Shown: positions 29,543-39,950 of the stretch, one piece after another | Numbering within the stretch: position 1 is the first letter of the stretch | Layout: each line of letters starts with the position of its first letter | Assembly (NCBI RefSeq): GCF_029227855.1 | Contig: NZ_CP074356.1 | From: Escherichia coli | GTDB taxonomy: Bacteria > Pseudomonadota > Gammaproteobacteria > Enterobacterales > Enterobacteriaceae | Length of the DNA stretch: 64,000 bases | Strand: one strand, 5' to 3' | Made by a program: the position numbers and the translations under genes | The notes under the pieces: model-generated | Told to the model about the DNA's origin: nothing | The model's database searches: none | Seen by the model: only the letters and a program-made list of their open reading frames with translations

Positions 29543-32338
29543 ATGATCCAGATTGATCTTCCCACGCTGGTAAAACGGCTGAACCTGTTCTCCCGCCAGG
29601 CGCTGGAGATGGCCGCCTCTGAATGTATGAGTCAGCAGGCAGCGGAAATTACCGTCAGCCATGTGCTTATTCAGATGCTCGCCATGCCACGCAGCGACCT
29701 GCGGGTTATTACCCGCCAGGGCGATATTGGCATGGAAGAGTTGCGCCAGGCGCTGACGGTGGAGAACTACACAACTGCCCGTTCTGCGGACAGCTACCCG
29801 GCATTTTCCCCGATGCTGGTTGAGTGGCTGAAAGAGGGCTGGCTGCTGGCGTCGGCTGAGATGCAGCACAGCGAATTGCGTGGCGGCGTGTTGCTGCTGG
29901 CCCTGCTGCATTCGCCGCTGCGTTATATACCGCCTGCTGCCGCCCGGTTGTTGACCGGCATTAACCGTGACCGTCTGCAACAGGACTTTGTACAGTGGAC
30001 ACAGGAGTCGGCGGAATCAGTCGTGCCGGATGCAGACGGTAAAGTCGCAGGCACACTGACGGACGCTGCTGACACCCTGCTTGCCCGCTACGCCAAAAAC
30101 ATGACCGCAGACGCCCGTAACGGCAGGCTTGACCCGGTACTGTGCCGCGACCACGAAATCGACCTGATGATCGACATTCTCTGCCGCCGCCGCAAGAACA
30201 ACCCGGTGGTGGTGGGCGAAGCAGGCGTGGGTAAAAGTGCCTTAATCGAAGGGCTGGCGCTGCGCATCGTGGCAGGCCAGGTGCCGGACAAACTGAAAAA
30301 CACCGATATCATGACCCTTGACCTAGGCGCATTGCAGGCCGGGGCGTCGGTGAAGGGCGAATTCGAAAAACGCTTCAAGGGGCTGATGGCGGAGGTCATT
30401 TCCTCTCCGGTGCCGGTCATTCTGTTTATTGACGAAGCACATACCCTGATTGGCGCGGGCAACCAGCAGGGCGGGCTGGATATCTCCAACCTGCTCAAAC
30501 CGGCGCTGGCGCGCGGCGAACTGAAAACCATCGCCGCCACCACCTGGAGCGAATACAAAAAATACTTCGAGAAAGATGCCGCCCTGTCGCGCCGCTTCCA
30601 GCTGGTGAAGGTCAGCGAACCCAACGCCGCCGAAGCCACCATTATTCTGCGTGGTCTGTCGGCGGTCTATGAACAGTCTCACGGCGTGCTGATTGATGAT
30701 GACGCCTTGCAGGCCGCAGCAACGCTGAGCGAACGTTATCTCTCCGGGCGTCAGTTGCCGGACAAAGCCATTGATGTGCTGGATACCGCCTGCGCCCGCG
30801 TCGCCATTAACCTTTCCTCGCCGCCGAAGCAAATCTCGGCGCTGACCACTCTGAGCCACCAGCAGGAGGCGGAAATTCGCCAGCTTGAGCGCGAGCTTCG
30901 CATCGGGCTGCGTACCAACACCTCACGGATGACCGAGGTGCTGGTGCAGTACGATGAAACGCTGACGGCGCTGGATGAACTGGAAGCGGCCTGGCATCAG
31001 CAGCAGGCGCTGGTCCGGGAGATTATCGCGCTGCGCCAGCAGTTGCTGGGCGTGGCAGAAGACGATGCGGCGTCGTTGCCGGACGCAGATGCCGCGGAGG
31101 ATACGCCGCCAGAGTCAGAGTCAGAGTCAGAGTCAGAGTCAGAGTCAGAGTCAGAACAGGATAATACCGGTGCCGTACCGGCTGATGAGGCCGACAGAGA
31201 ACAGCCGGAAGAGACCGCTGAAACAGTTTCCCCGGTACAGCGGCTGGCCCAGCTCACTGCCGAACTGGACGCCCTGCATAACGACCGGTTGCTGGTCTCC
31301 CCGCACGTCGATAAAAAACAGATTGCGGCGGTGATTGCCGAATGGACCGGCGTGCCGCTCAACCGCCTGTCGCAGAATGAAATGTCGGTCATCACCGACC
31401 TGCCGAAATTGCTGGGCGACACCATCAAAGGCCAAGACCTGGCGATTGCCAGCCTGCATAAGCATCTACTGACCGCACGCGCCGACCTGCGTCTTCCGGG
31501 ACGCCCGCTCGGTGCGTTCCTGCTGGCTGGCCCCAGCGGTGTGGGTAAAACCGAAACCGTCCTGCAACTGGCAGAGCTGCTCTACGGCGGTCGCCAGTAC
31601 CTGACCACCATCAATATGTCCGAATTCCAGGAGAAACACACCGTCTCGCGGCTGATTGGTTCGCCTCCGGGCTACGTTGGCTACGGTGAAGGCGGCGTAC
31701 TGACCGAAGCGATTCGCCAGAAACCCTACTCGGTAGTACTGCTCGATGAAGTGGAAAAAGCGCACCCGGATGTGCTCAACCTGTTCTACCAGTCGTTCGA
31801 TAAGGGCGAAATGGCAGACGGTGAAGGCCGCCTGATTGACTGCAAAAATATCGTCTTCTTCCTGACGTCCAACCTCGGCTACCAGGTAATAGTCGAGCAC
31901 GCCGATGACCCGGAAACCATGCAGGAAGAACTGTATCCGGTGCTGGCCGACTTCTTCAAACCTGCCCTGCTGGCGCGTATGGAAGTGGTGCCGTATCTGC
32001 CGCTGTCGAAAGAGACGCTCGCCACCATTATCGCCGGAAAACTGGCCCGTCTGGATAACGTGCTGCGCAGTCGCTTTGGTGCAGAAGTGGTCATTGAACC
32101 GGAAGTGACGGACGAAATCATGAGCCGCGTCACCCGCGCGGAAAACGGCGCGAGGATGCTGGAATCGGTCATCGATGGCGACATGCTACCGCCGCTCTCG
32201 CTGCTGCTGTTGCAGAAAATGGCGGCTAACACGGCGATTGCCCGGATTCGGTTGTCGGCGGTGGACGACGCATTTACGGCAGACGTGGAAGATGCTCAGA
32301 ACGACGAGTCCGTCACAAAGGATGAAACGGTTTTATGA
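29543..32338 (+). CDS. clpV: T6SS AAA+ ATPase ClpV (TssH)
   Basis: 931 aa from ATG 29543 (RBS AAGGA); two Walker A motifs (GEAGVGKS, GPSGVGKT); track ORF has an upstream extension. Confidence 0.95.
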   Translation: MIQIDLPTLVKRLNLFSRQALEMAASECMSQQAAEITVSHVLIQMLAMPRSDLRVITRQGDIGMEELRQALTVENYTTARSADSYPAFSPMLVEWLKEGWLLASAEMQHSELRGGVLLLALLHSPLRYIPPAAARLLTGINRDRLQQDFVQWTQESAESVVPDADGKVAGTLTDAADTLLARYAKNMTADARNGRLDPVLCRDHEIDLMIDILCRRRKNNPVVVGEAGVGKSALIEGLALRIVAGQVPDKLKNTDIMTLDLGALQAGASVKGEFEKRFKGLMAEVISSPVPVILFIDEAHTLIGAGNQQGGLDISNLLKPALARGELKTIAATTWSEYKKYFEKDAALSRRFQLVKVSEPNAAEATIILRGLSAVYEQSHGVLIDDDALQAAATLSERYLSGRQLPDKAIDVLDTACARVAINLSSPPKQISALTTLSHQQEAEIRQLERELRIGLRTNTSRMTEVLVQYDETLTALDELEAAWHQQQALVREIIALRQQLLGVAEDDAASLPDADAAEDTPPESESESESESESESEQDNTGAVPADEADREQPEETAETVSPVQRLAQLTAELDALHNDRLLVSPHVDKKQIAAVIAEWTGVPLNRLSQNEMSVITDLPKLLGDTIKGQDLAIASLHKHLLTARADLRLPGRPLGAFLLAGPSGVGKTETVLQLAELLYGGRQYLTTINMSEFQEKHTVSRLIGSPPGYVGYGEGGVLTEAIRQKPYSVVLLDEVEKAHPDVLNLFYQSFDKGEMADGEGRLIDCKNIVFFLTSNLGYQVIVEHADDPETMQEELYPVLADFFKPALLARMEVVPYLPLSKETLATIIAGKLARLDNVLRSRFGAEVVIEPEVTDEIMSRVTRAENGARMLESVIDGDMLPPLSLLLLQKMAANTAIARIRLSAVDDAFTADVEDAQNDESVTKDETVL
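31111..31155 (+). repeat. (GAGTCA)7 in-frame hexanucleotide tandem repeat inside clpV
   Basis: AGAGTC x7, encoding (Ser-Glu)7 in an acidic linker between the two AAA+ modules. Confidence 0.9.
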
Positions 32339-33078
32339 GCAGGTTGCGCGTTTTCCGGCAGACAGGATGGTTTATCGCGGGCCTGATGACGGGCTTACCC
32401 GCCACTGCCGCGCCCGCAGAAACATCGTCAATGGCCGGTGTGGCGGTCGCCGTCGCCACCACGACCCCGCCGGATGCGACAGCCACGTCACAGGCCATGC
32501 AGTCCTGTCGGCGGGAGTCCGCGGCGCTGGAGCGGCTTGACTGCTATGACCGCCTGCTGGCACCGCTGTCCCCGTCAGGGTTTGACGGGGCGCTGGTCAA
32601 AGCCGGTTTTGTGGGCGAGGCCTGGACCCGCGCCACAGAGCAGGAAAAACGCCGCGAGGGCAACACCACAGAACTGCTGGTGACGCAGGTGCCGGGGGAG
32701 CGCCCGACGGTGGTGATAACCACCCCGGCTATCGGCCATGTTCCGCCGCGCCCGGTGCTGATGTTCAGTTGCGTGGACAATATCACCCGGATGCAGGTGG
32801 CGCTGATGCACCCTCTGGATGTCCATGATATCGCCGTCACTCTGAATGCCGACAGCCGGGCATTGCGTAGCCACTGGTTTGTGCGCGAGAACGGCACCCT
32901 GCTGGAGTCCAGCCGGGGGCTGTCCGGGATTGATGAAATTAAGCAACTGTTCGGCGCAAAAACGCTGACAGTGGATACCGGCGCAGATAACGCCGCAGGA
33001 AAGCTGACCTTTAACATTGACGGGCTGGCAAGGGCGATTGCCCCCCTGCGCGTTGCCTGCCACTGGGCGGGAGAATAA
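32335..33078 (+). CDS. T6SS-associated periplasmic protein, VasI-like
   Basis: 247 aa with N-terminal signal-like segment; sits where vasI sits in the V. cholerae gene order; family call from memory. Confidence 0.6.
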   Translation: MSRLRVFRQTGWFIAGLMTGLPATAAPAETSSMAGVAVAVATTTPPDATATSQAMQSCRRESAALERLDCYDRLLAPLSPSGFDGALVKAGFVGEAWTRATEQEKRREGNTTELLVTQVPGERPTVVITTPAIGHVPPRPVLMFSCVDNITRMQVALMHPLDVHDIAVTLNADSRALRSHWFVRENGTLLESSRGLSGIDEIKQLFGAKTLTVDTGADNAAGKLTFNIDGLARAIAPLRVACHWAGE

Positions 33079-33082
33079 AAAT

Positions 33083-34495
33083 ATGGCAATGGACTTACGC
33101 GATCCGAATGTCTGGATAACGCACCTGCTGGAAAACCTGCCGGAAGAAAAACTGGCATCGGCGCTGAAAGATGACAACCCGGACTGGGAGTATATCGACG
33201 GCGAAATCGTCAAACTGGGATCTCTGGCCCACAGTCAACTGGATATCCCGGAACTCCAGCGCCGGGGGCTGGTCATTCTGGCTTCGGAGAGTAAGGACTT
33301 TCGTCTGCTGGCGCATCTGCTGAGAACCCTGCAACACGCCGGTGATCCTCATCTCGCATTGCGCCTGCTGGCGCTGTATGTGGAGCATTACTGGTCGGTG
33401 GCTGCGCCGCAGAATATGGCACATAAAAAACGCTTTGCCAGCCAGGTCATTAAACGCTTCGAAACAGGTATTGAAGGCTTTTCACAGAACGCCGCCACAG
33501 CGCAGCGCGACGCGCTGTCAGGGGAACTGGCGAAACTGGCGCAGTGCTGGCAGTCACATAACGCCCCGGAACTGGCACTGGCTACCGATGATCTTTTTGC
33601 CCTGTACCAGCGTGCGTTTAATCGTGCGGCACCGGCTCCTGCCCCCACTCCAGCGGCCTCCGATAGTTCACGACAGACCACCGCCACGTCTGAAAGCGGC
33701 GTGACGCAACCCAGTGCTCCGGCTCCCCAAATCGCCATCGACAGTCACGACGACAAAGCCTGGCGCGACACGCTGTTAAAAGTGGCGGCTATTTTATGTG
33801 AACGCCAGCCGGACTCGCCGCAGGGCTATCGCCTGCGCCGCCATGCCCTGTGGCAATCCATCACCAGTACACCCCAGGCGGAAAGCGATGGACGTACCCC
33901 ATTGGCTGCGGTCTCTGCCGATATGGTGGCGGATTACCAGTCCCGGCTTGCCAGCGCGGATATGGCGCTGTGGCAGCAGGTTGAGAAAAGCGTATTGCTG
34001 GCTCCTTACTGGCTGGACGGTCACTGTCTTTCTGCACAGACGGCACTGCGTCTGGGTTACAAACAGGTGGCAGACACCATCCGCGATGAGGTCATCCGCT
34101 TCCTTGAGCGTCTGCCCCAGCTTACCGGGCTGCTGTTTAATGACCGCACACCGTTTCTTAGTGAGCAGACGAAACAATGGCTGGCAGCTTCGCCCGACGG
34201 CAAAGTTGCACCGGTTGCGCAAATCGGTGAGGAATCGCAGGCAGCCAGAGCCTGTTTTGCTGGGCAGGGTCTGGAGGCGGCGCTGCGATATCTGGACATG
34301 CTACCCGAAGGCGATCCCCGCGATCAGTTTCACCGCCAGTACCTTGCCGCACAGTTGACGGAGGAGGCGGGGCTGATACAGCTTGCGCAGCAACAGTACC
34401 GGATGTTGTTGATGATAGGGAGTCAGATGATGGTGTCTGACTGGGAGCCATCATTACTTACGCAGCTTGAACAAAAATTCACGGCAGAACAATAA
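33083..34495 (+). CDS. tssA: T6SS protein TssA (ImpA N-terminal domain)
   Basis: 470 aa from ATG 33083 (RBS GGGAGAA); position between vasI-like and tssM. Confidence 0.85.
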   Translation: MAMDLRDPNVWITHLLENLPEEKLASALKDDNPDWEYIDGEIVKLGSLAHSQLDIPELQRRGLVILASESKDFRLLAHLLRTLQHAGDPHLALRLLALYVEHYWSVAAPQNMAHKKRFASQVIKRFETGIEGFSQNAATAQRDALSGELAKLAQCWQSHNAPELALATDDLFALYQRAFNRAAPAPAPTPAASDSSRQTTATSESGVTQPSAPAPQIAIDSHDDKAWRDTLLKVAAILCERQPDSPQGYRLRRHALWQSITSTPQAESDGRTPLAAVSADMVADYQSRLASADMALWQQVEKSVLLAPYWLDGHCLSAQTALRLGYKQVADTIRDEVIRFLERLPQLTGLLFNDRTPFLSEQTKQWLAASPDGKVAPVAQIGEESQAARACFAGQGLEAALRYLDMLPEGDPRDQFHRQYLAAQLTEEAGLIQLAQQQYRMLLMIGSQMMVSDWEPSLLTQLEQKFTAEQ

Positions 34496-34513
34496 AAGAG
34501 AACAGGAGTTTTT

Positions 34514-37500
34514 GTGTTCAGATTACCAACACCCCGACTACTCAGCGGACTCAAATCAGCCCTACGCCCGGCGATGCCCCGGTTTAAAGTCTCCGCTTTC
34601 TGGCTGCTGATACTGGCGTGGATTTTTCTGCTGGTATGGATCTGGTGGAAAGGCCCGACGTGGACGCTGTATGAAGAACAGTGGCTCAAACCACTGGCGA
34701 ACCGCTGGCTGGCAACGGCGGCATGGGGGATTATCGCCCTAGTGTGGCTTACCGTCCGGGTGATGAAGCGCCTGCAACAGCTTGAAAAAATGCAAAAGCA
34801 GCAGCGCGAGGAGGCCATTGATCCGCTCAGTGTGGAGCTGAACGCCCAGCAGCGTTACCTTGACCGCTGGCTGCTGCGCCTGCAACGCCATCTCGACAAC
34901 CGCCGTTTCCTGTGGCAGTTGCCGTGGTATATGGTCATCGGCCCGGCGGGCAGTGGCAAAACGACACTGCTGCGCGAGGGTTTTCCGTCCGACATTATTT
35001 ATGCCCCGGAGGGCGCACGCGGCGCAGAACAACGCCTGTACCTCACGCCCCATGTCGGTAAACAGGCGGTGATCTTTGATATCGACGGCACACTCTGCGC
35101 TCCCGCTGATGCGGATATCCTGCATCGCCGTCTGTGGGAACATGCCCTCGGCTGGCTGAAAGAAAAGCGCGCGCGCCAGTCGCTGAACGGGATTATTCTG
35201 ACACTCGATTTACCCGATCTGCTTACCGCAGACAAACGCCGCCGCGAACATCTGTTACAGACGCTGCGCAGCCGCTTGCAGGATATACGCCAGCATCTTC
35301 ACTGCCAGTTACCGGTTTACGTGGTACTCACCCGGCTTGATTTATTGCAGGGTTTTGCCGCCCTGTTCCAGTCACTGAACAGACAGGATCGCGATGCAAT
35401 TCTAGGGGTCACGTTCACCCGCCGCGCCCATGAAAATGATGACTGGCGAACAGAGTTGAATGCTTTCTGGCAGACATGGGTGGATCGAATGAACCTAGCG
35501 TTGCCGGATCTGATGGTCGCTCAGACTCACACCCGCGCGTCTTTATTTAGTTTTTCCCGCCAGATGCAGGGAAGCCGTGAACCACTGGTGTCACTGCTTG
35601 AGGGTCTGCTTGACGGCGAAAATATGAACGTGATGCTGCGTGGCGTCTATCTCACCTCTTCGCTTCAGCGCGGACAGATGGATGATATTTTCACCCAGTC
35701 TGCCGCCCGCCAATACCGGCTGGGCAATAACCCACTGGCGTCCTGGCCTCTGGTGGACACCGCACCCTATTTCACCCGTAGCATGTTCCCGCAGGCGTTA
35801 CTCGCAGAGCCTAATCTGGCAACGGAGAGCCGCGCCTGGCTGATGCGTTCCCGTCGCCGCCTGACGGTTTTCTCTGCCACTGGCGGCGTGGCGGCACTGC
35901 TGCTCATCACCGGCTGGCATCACTATTACAATGGTAACTATCAGTCCGGCATCACCGTGCTTAAGCAGGCCAAAGCCTTTATGGATGTGCCGCCTCCGCA
36001 GGGGGAAGATGACTATGGCAACCTGCAACTGCCGCTGCTGAACCCGGTACGCGATGCCACTCTGGCCTACGGTGACTGGGGCGACCGCAGCCGCCTTGCG
36101 GAGATGGGATTATATCAGGGGCGACGCATCGGGCCTTATGTGGAACGGACCTACCTGCAACTGCTGGAGCAACGCTATCTTCCGTCGCTGTTTAACGGGC
36201 TGGTCAAAGAGATGAACGCCGCGCCACCGGAGAGTGAGGAAAAACTCGCCGTGCTGCGCGTGATGCGAATGCTGGAGGATAAGAGCGGACGTAACAATGA
36301 GGTGGTGAAGCAGTATATGGCAAAACGCTGGAGCGAAAAGTTCCACGGCCAGCGCGATATCCAGGCGCAACAGATGTCCCATCTTGACTACGCGCTGGCT
36401 CACACAGACTGGCATGCAGAGCGTCAGGCGGGCGACGGTGACGCTATCAGCCGCTGGACGCCGTATGACAAGCCCGTTGTGTCAGCACAGAAAGAACTAA
36501 GCAAACTACCTGTCTACCAGCGAGTTTACCAGAGCCTGAAAACGCGGGCGCTGGGCGTTCTTCCTGCCGACCTCAATCTGCGTGACCAGGTAGGGCCAAC
36601 CTTTGACCAGGTGTTTACATCTGCCGATGACAATAAACTGGTTGTTCCACAGTTTCTTACCCGTTACGGCCTGCAAAGCTATTTTGTAAAACAGCGCGAT
36701 GAACTGGTTGAACTGACGGCGATGGATTCCTGGGTACTCAACCTCACCCGCAGCGTGAAATACAGTGACGCCGACCGGGCGGAAATCCAGCGCCAGTTGA
36801 CCGAGCAGTATATCAGCGACTACACCGCCACCTGGCGGGCCGGGATGGACAATCTGAATATCCGCAATTTTGAGTCCATCGGACAACTGACCGGGGCGCT
36901 GGAGCAGGTTATCAGCGGTGACCAGCCTTTGCAGCGGGCGCTGACCGTGCTGCGTGACAACACACAACCAGGCGCCTTTTCTGAAAAGCTATCTGCTAAA
37001 GAACGGGATGAGGCCCTGGCTGAACCAGACTACCAGTTACTCACCCGCCTTGGGCATGAGTTCGCCCCGGAAAACAGTACCCTGACAGTCCAGAAAGATA
37101 AAGAAAGCACGATGCAGGCCGTGTACCTGCAGCTCACCGAGTTACACCGCTACCTGCTGGCGATCCAGAACGCGCCTGTACCTGGGAAATCGGCACTGAA
37201 AGCCGTGCAGTTACGGCTTGATCAGAACAGCAGCGATCCCATATTCGCCACCCGCCAGATGGCAAAAACACTGCCTGCTCCGCTCAACCGCTGGGCAGGC
37301 AGGCTGGCTGACCAGGCCTGGCATGTGGTGATGGTGGAAGCCGTTCACTATATGGAAGTGGACTGGCGCGACAGCGTGGTGAAACCGTTTAACGAGCAAC
37401 TGGCAAATAACTATCCGTTTAATCCACATTCTGCACAGGATGCCTCACTGGATGCCTTCGAACGATTCTTTAAACCAGATGGCATACTGGATACCTTCTA

Positions 37501-38038
37501 CCAGCAGAACCTAAAGCTGTTTATCGACAATGACCTGAGTCTGGAGGATGGCGATAACAACGTCATTATTCGCGAAGATATTATTGCGCAACTGGAAACC
37601 GCGCAGAAAATCCGTGACATATTCTTCAGCAAACAGAACGGTCTGGGAACATCCTTTGCCGTGGAAACGGTATCGCTTTCCGGCAACAAACGCCGCAGCG
37701 TACTGAACCTTGACGGTCAGTTAGTCGATTACAGCCAGGGCCGTAACTATACCGCCCATCTGGTCTGGCCTAACAATATGCGCGAAGGCAACGAAAGCAA
37801 ACTGACGCTGGTTGGTGCCCGCGGCGGCGCACCGCGCAGTATCAGCTTCAGCGGGCCGTGGGCTCCGTTCCGCCTGTTCGGGGCCGGACAGCTGACCGGA
37901 GTACAGGATGGCAACTTTACCGTGCGCTTTAGTGTGGACGGTGGCGCAATGACCTACCGCGTGCATACCGACACGGAAGATAACCCGTTCAGCGGTGGGT
38001 TATTCAGCCAGTTTGGCCTGTCAGACACACTGTACTGA
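34514..38038 (+). CDS. tssM: T6SS membrane complex protein TssM (IcmF family)
   Basis: 1174 aa; N-terminal TM helices, Walker A GPAGSGKT, large periplasmic C-terminal domain. Confidence 0.95.
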   Translation: MFRLPTPRLLSGLKSALRPAMPRFKVSAFWLLILAWIFLLVWIWWKGPTWTLYEEQWLKPLANRWLATAAWGIIALVWLTVRVMKRLQQLEKMQKQQREEAIDPLSVELNAQQRYLDRWLLRLQRHLDNRRFLWQLPWYMVIGPAGSGKTTLLREGFPSDIIYAPEGARGAEQRLYLTPHVGKQAVIFDIDGTLCAPADADILHRRLWEHALGWLKEKRARQSLNGIILTLDLPDLLTADKRRREHLLQTLRSRLQDIRQHLHCQLPVYVVLTRLDLLQGFAALFQSLNRQDRDAILGVTFTRRAHENDDWRTELNAFWQTWVDRMNLALPDLMVAQTHTRASLFSFSRQMQGSREPLVSLLEGLLDGENMNVMLRGVYLTSSLQRGQMDDIFTQSAARQYRLGNNPLASWPLVDTAPYFTRSMFPQALLAEPNLATESRAWLMRSRRRLTVFSATGGVAALLLITGWHHYYNGNYQSGITVLKQAKAFMDVPPPQGEDDYGNLQLPLLNPVRDATLAYGDWGDRSRLAEMGLYQGRRIGPYVERTYLQLLEQRYLPSLFNGLVKEMNAAPPESEEKLAVLRVMRMLEDKSGRNNEVVKQYMAKRWSEKFHGQRDIQAQQMSHLDYALAHTDWHAERQAGDGDAISRWTPYDKPVVSAQKELSKLPVYQRVYQSLKTRALGVLPADLNLRDQVGPTFDQVFTSADDNKLVVPQFLTRYGLQSYFVKQRDELVELTAMDSWVLNLTRSVKYSDADRAEIQRQLTEQYISDYTATWRAGMDNLNIRNFESIGQLTGALEQVISGDQPLQRALTVLRDNTQPGAFSEKLSAKERDEALAEPDYQLLTRLGHEFAPENSTLTVQKDKESTMQAVYLQLTELHRYLLAIQNAPVPGKSALKAVQLRLDQNSSDPIFATRQMAKTLPAPLNRWAGRLADQAWHVVMVEAVHYMEVDWRDSVVKPFNEQLANNYPFNPHSAQDASLDAFERFFKPDGILDTFYQQNLKLFIDNDLSLEDGDNNVIIREDIIAQLETAQKIRDIFFSKQNGLGTSFAVETVSLSGNKRRSVLNLDGQLVDYSQGRNYTAHLVWPNNMREGNESKLTLVGARGGAPRSISFSGPWAPFRLFGAGQLTGVQDGNFTVRFSVDGGAMTYRVHTDTEDNPFSGGLFSQFGLSDTLY

Positions 38039-38048
38039 GGAGGCAGGG

Positions 38049-39401
38049 ATGAATAGTAACGGACTGACACAAACTATCGTTACCGGCAGTGACCCGCGCG
38101 GGCTGCCGGAATTCAGCGCCATCCGCGAGGAAATAAACAAAGCCAGCCATCCGTCACAGCCTGAGCTGAACTGGAAACTGGTGGAGTCGCTGGCGCTGGC
38201 GATTTTTAAAGCCAACGGTGTGGATTTACACACCGCCACCTACTATACGCTTGCCCGGACACGGACACAGGGACTGGCGGGATTCTGCGAAGGTGCGGAA
38301 CTGCTGGCGGCAATGGTAAGCCACGACTGGGATAAATTCTGGCCGCAGGGCGGTCCGGCGCGTACTGAAATGCTGGACTGGTTTAACTCCCGAACCGGCA
38401 ATATTCTGCGTCAGCAAATCCCCTTTGCGGAACCCGATCTGCCACTGATCTACCGCACAGAGCGGGCATTGCAGCTTATCTGCGACAAGCTTCAGCAGGT
38501 GGAGCTGAAGCGCGTTCCGCGCGTGGAGAATCTGCTCTATTTTATGCAGAACACGCGTAAGCGGCTTGAACCCCAGCCGAAGAGTAACGTTGAAAACGCC
38601 GTACAGACCACGGTTAGAACACTGATTTATGCCCCGGAAACAACGGCTTCCTCCACGCCAGAAGCGGTAGTGCCTCCCCTGCCCGACCTGCCTGAGATGA
38701 AAGTAGAAGTGCGCAGTCTGTCAGAGAATCCCCCACAGGCCAGTGTGATGAAGCAAGGCAGTACGGTAAGAGGGTTTATCACGGGGATCGCCTGTTCAGT
38801 GGCTGTCGCCTCAGCATTGTGGTGGTGGCAGGTCTATCCGGTGCAACAGCAACTGTTACAGGTTAACGACACCGCGCAGGGCGCAGCAACGGTGTGGATG
38901 GCCTCACCTGAACTAGAAAACTATGAGCGCAGGCTGCAACAGCTTCTTGGCGTCTCCCCGGTACAACCGCTGGAAACCGGGATGCAGATGATGCGTGTTG
39001 CCGACAGTCGCTGGCCGGAAAGCCTGCAGCAGCAGCAGGCCTCGACACATTGGAATGAAGCACTCAAAACCCGCGCACAGAGTAGCCCGCAGTTGCGTGG
39101 CTGGTTGCAGACCCGTCAGGACTTACATGCTTTTGCAGATCTCGTGATGCGGCGCGAGAAAGAGGGACTAACCCTTTCCTATATCAAAAATGTCATCTGG
39201 CAGGCGGAGCGGGGACTGGGGCAGGAAACACCCGTTGAGTCTCTGTTGACGCAGTACCAGGATACCCGTGCGCAGAAGCAGAATATAGATGCGCTGGAAA
39301 AACAAATTAATGAGCGACTCGAAGGCGTGTTAATCCGCTGGCTGCTGCTGAAGAATAACGTCATGCCAGAGGCGGCAACCGGGACCACGGCCGAAAAATA
39401 A
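38049..39401 (+). CDS. TssA-like ImpA-N-domain membrane protein (TagA/VasL family)
   Basis: 450 aa from ATG 38049 (RBS GAGG); ImpA-like N-terminus and a mid-protein TM helix (ITGIACSVAVASALWWW). Confidence 0.75.
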   Translation: MNSNGLTQTIVTGSDPRGLPEFSAIREEINKASHPSQPELNWKLVESLALAIFKANGVDLHTATYYTLARTRTQGLAGFCEGAELLAAMVSHDWDKFWPQGGPARTEMLDWFNSRTGNILRQQIPFAEPDLPLIYRTERALQLICDKLQQVELKRVPRVENLLYFMQNTRKRLEPQPKSNVENAVQTTVRTLIYAPETTASSTPEAVVPPLPDLPEMKVEVRSLSENPPQASVMKQGSTVRGFITGIACSVAVASALWWWQVYPVQQQLLQVNDTAQGAATVWMASPELENYERRLQQLLGVSPVQPLETGMQMMRVADSRWPESLQQQQASTHWNEALKTRAQSSPQLRGWLQTRQDLHAFADLVMRREKEGLTLSYIKNVIWQAERGLGQETPVESLLTQYQDTRAQKQNIDALEKQINERLEGVLIRWLLLKNNVMPEAATGTTAEK

Positions 39402-39424
39402 TTATTTAATTAAAGGAGATTATC

Positions 39425-39907
39425 ATGGCAAATATGAGTTATTTATCTTTGAGTGGAGAGACACAAGGGCTGATTTCAGCAGGTTGCTCAACGCTTGATT
39501 CTGTCGGAAACAAAGCACAGCCAGAACATAAAGATCAGATCATGGTTTATGCGTTAATGCATTCCATCTCAAGAAGTCAAAATGTCAATCATCATGAATT
39601 AATTATCACCAAACCGGTTGATAAATCCTCACCATTGCTGGCAAAAGCACTTAGTGACAATGAAAAAATGGTAACATGTGAATTTATACTCTACCGAACC
39701 AGTAAAGCGGGTATTTACCAGCCTTATTATAAAATAAACCTGTCAAAAGCCCGAATATCAAGTATTGATTTTGTCACACCGCATGCTGTCCTGGAAAAAG
39801 AACTGGAGCCACAGGAGAGAATTGCCTTTATTTATGAAGATATTTCCTGGGAGCATACGTTAGCCGGTACGAATGCAATGAGTAAATGGCAGGATCGTGT
39901 ACAGTAA
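39425..39907 (+). CDS. Hcp family protein, second divergent copy
   Basis: 160 aa MANMSYLSLSGETQGLISAG...; Hcp-like fold signature; AAGGAG RBS. Confidence 0.85.
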   Translation: MANMSYLSLSGETQGLISAGCSTLDSVGNKAQPEHKDQIMVYALMHSISRSQNVNHHELIITKPVDKSSPLLAKALSDNEKMVTCEFILYRTSKAGIYQPYYKINLSKARISSIDFVTPHAVLEKELEPQERIAFIYEDISWEHTLAGTNAMSKWQDRVQ

Positions 39908-39950
39908 TTTACTGTAATAACATAATAAATTACTATTGCGGAGAGATATA

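Noticed and set aside
31111-31155. Possible CRISPR array
   Set aside because: Only a 6-bp unit repeated in tandem inside a coding sequence, with no spacers and no cas genes; no CRISPR array found anywhere in the window.
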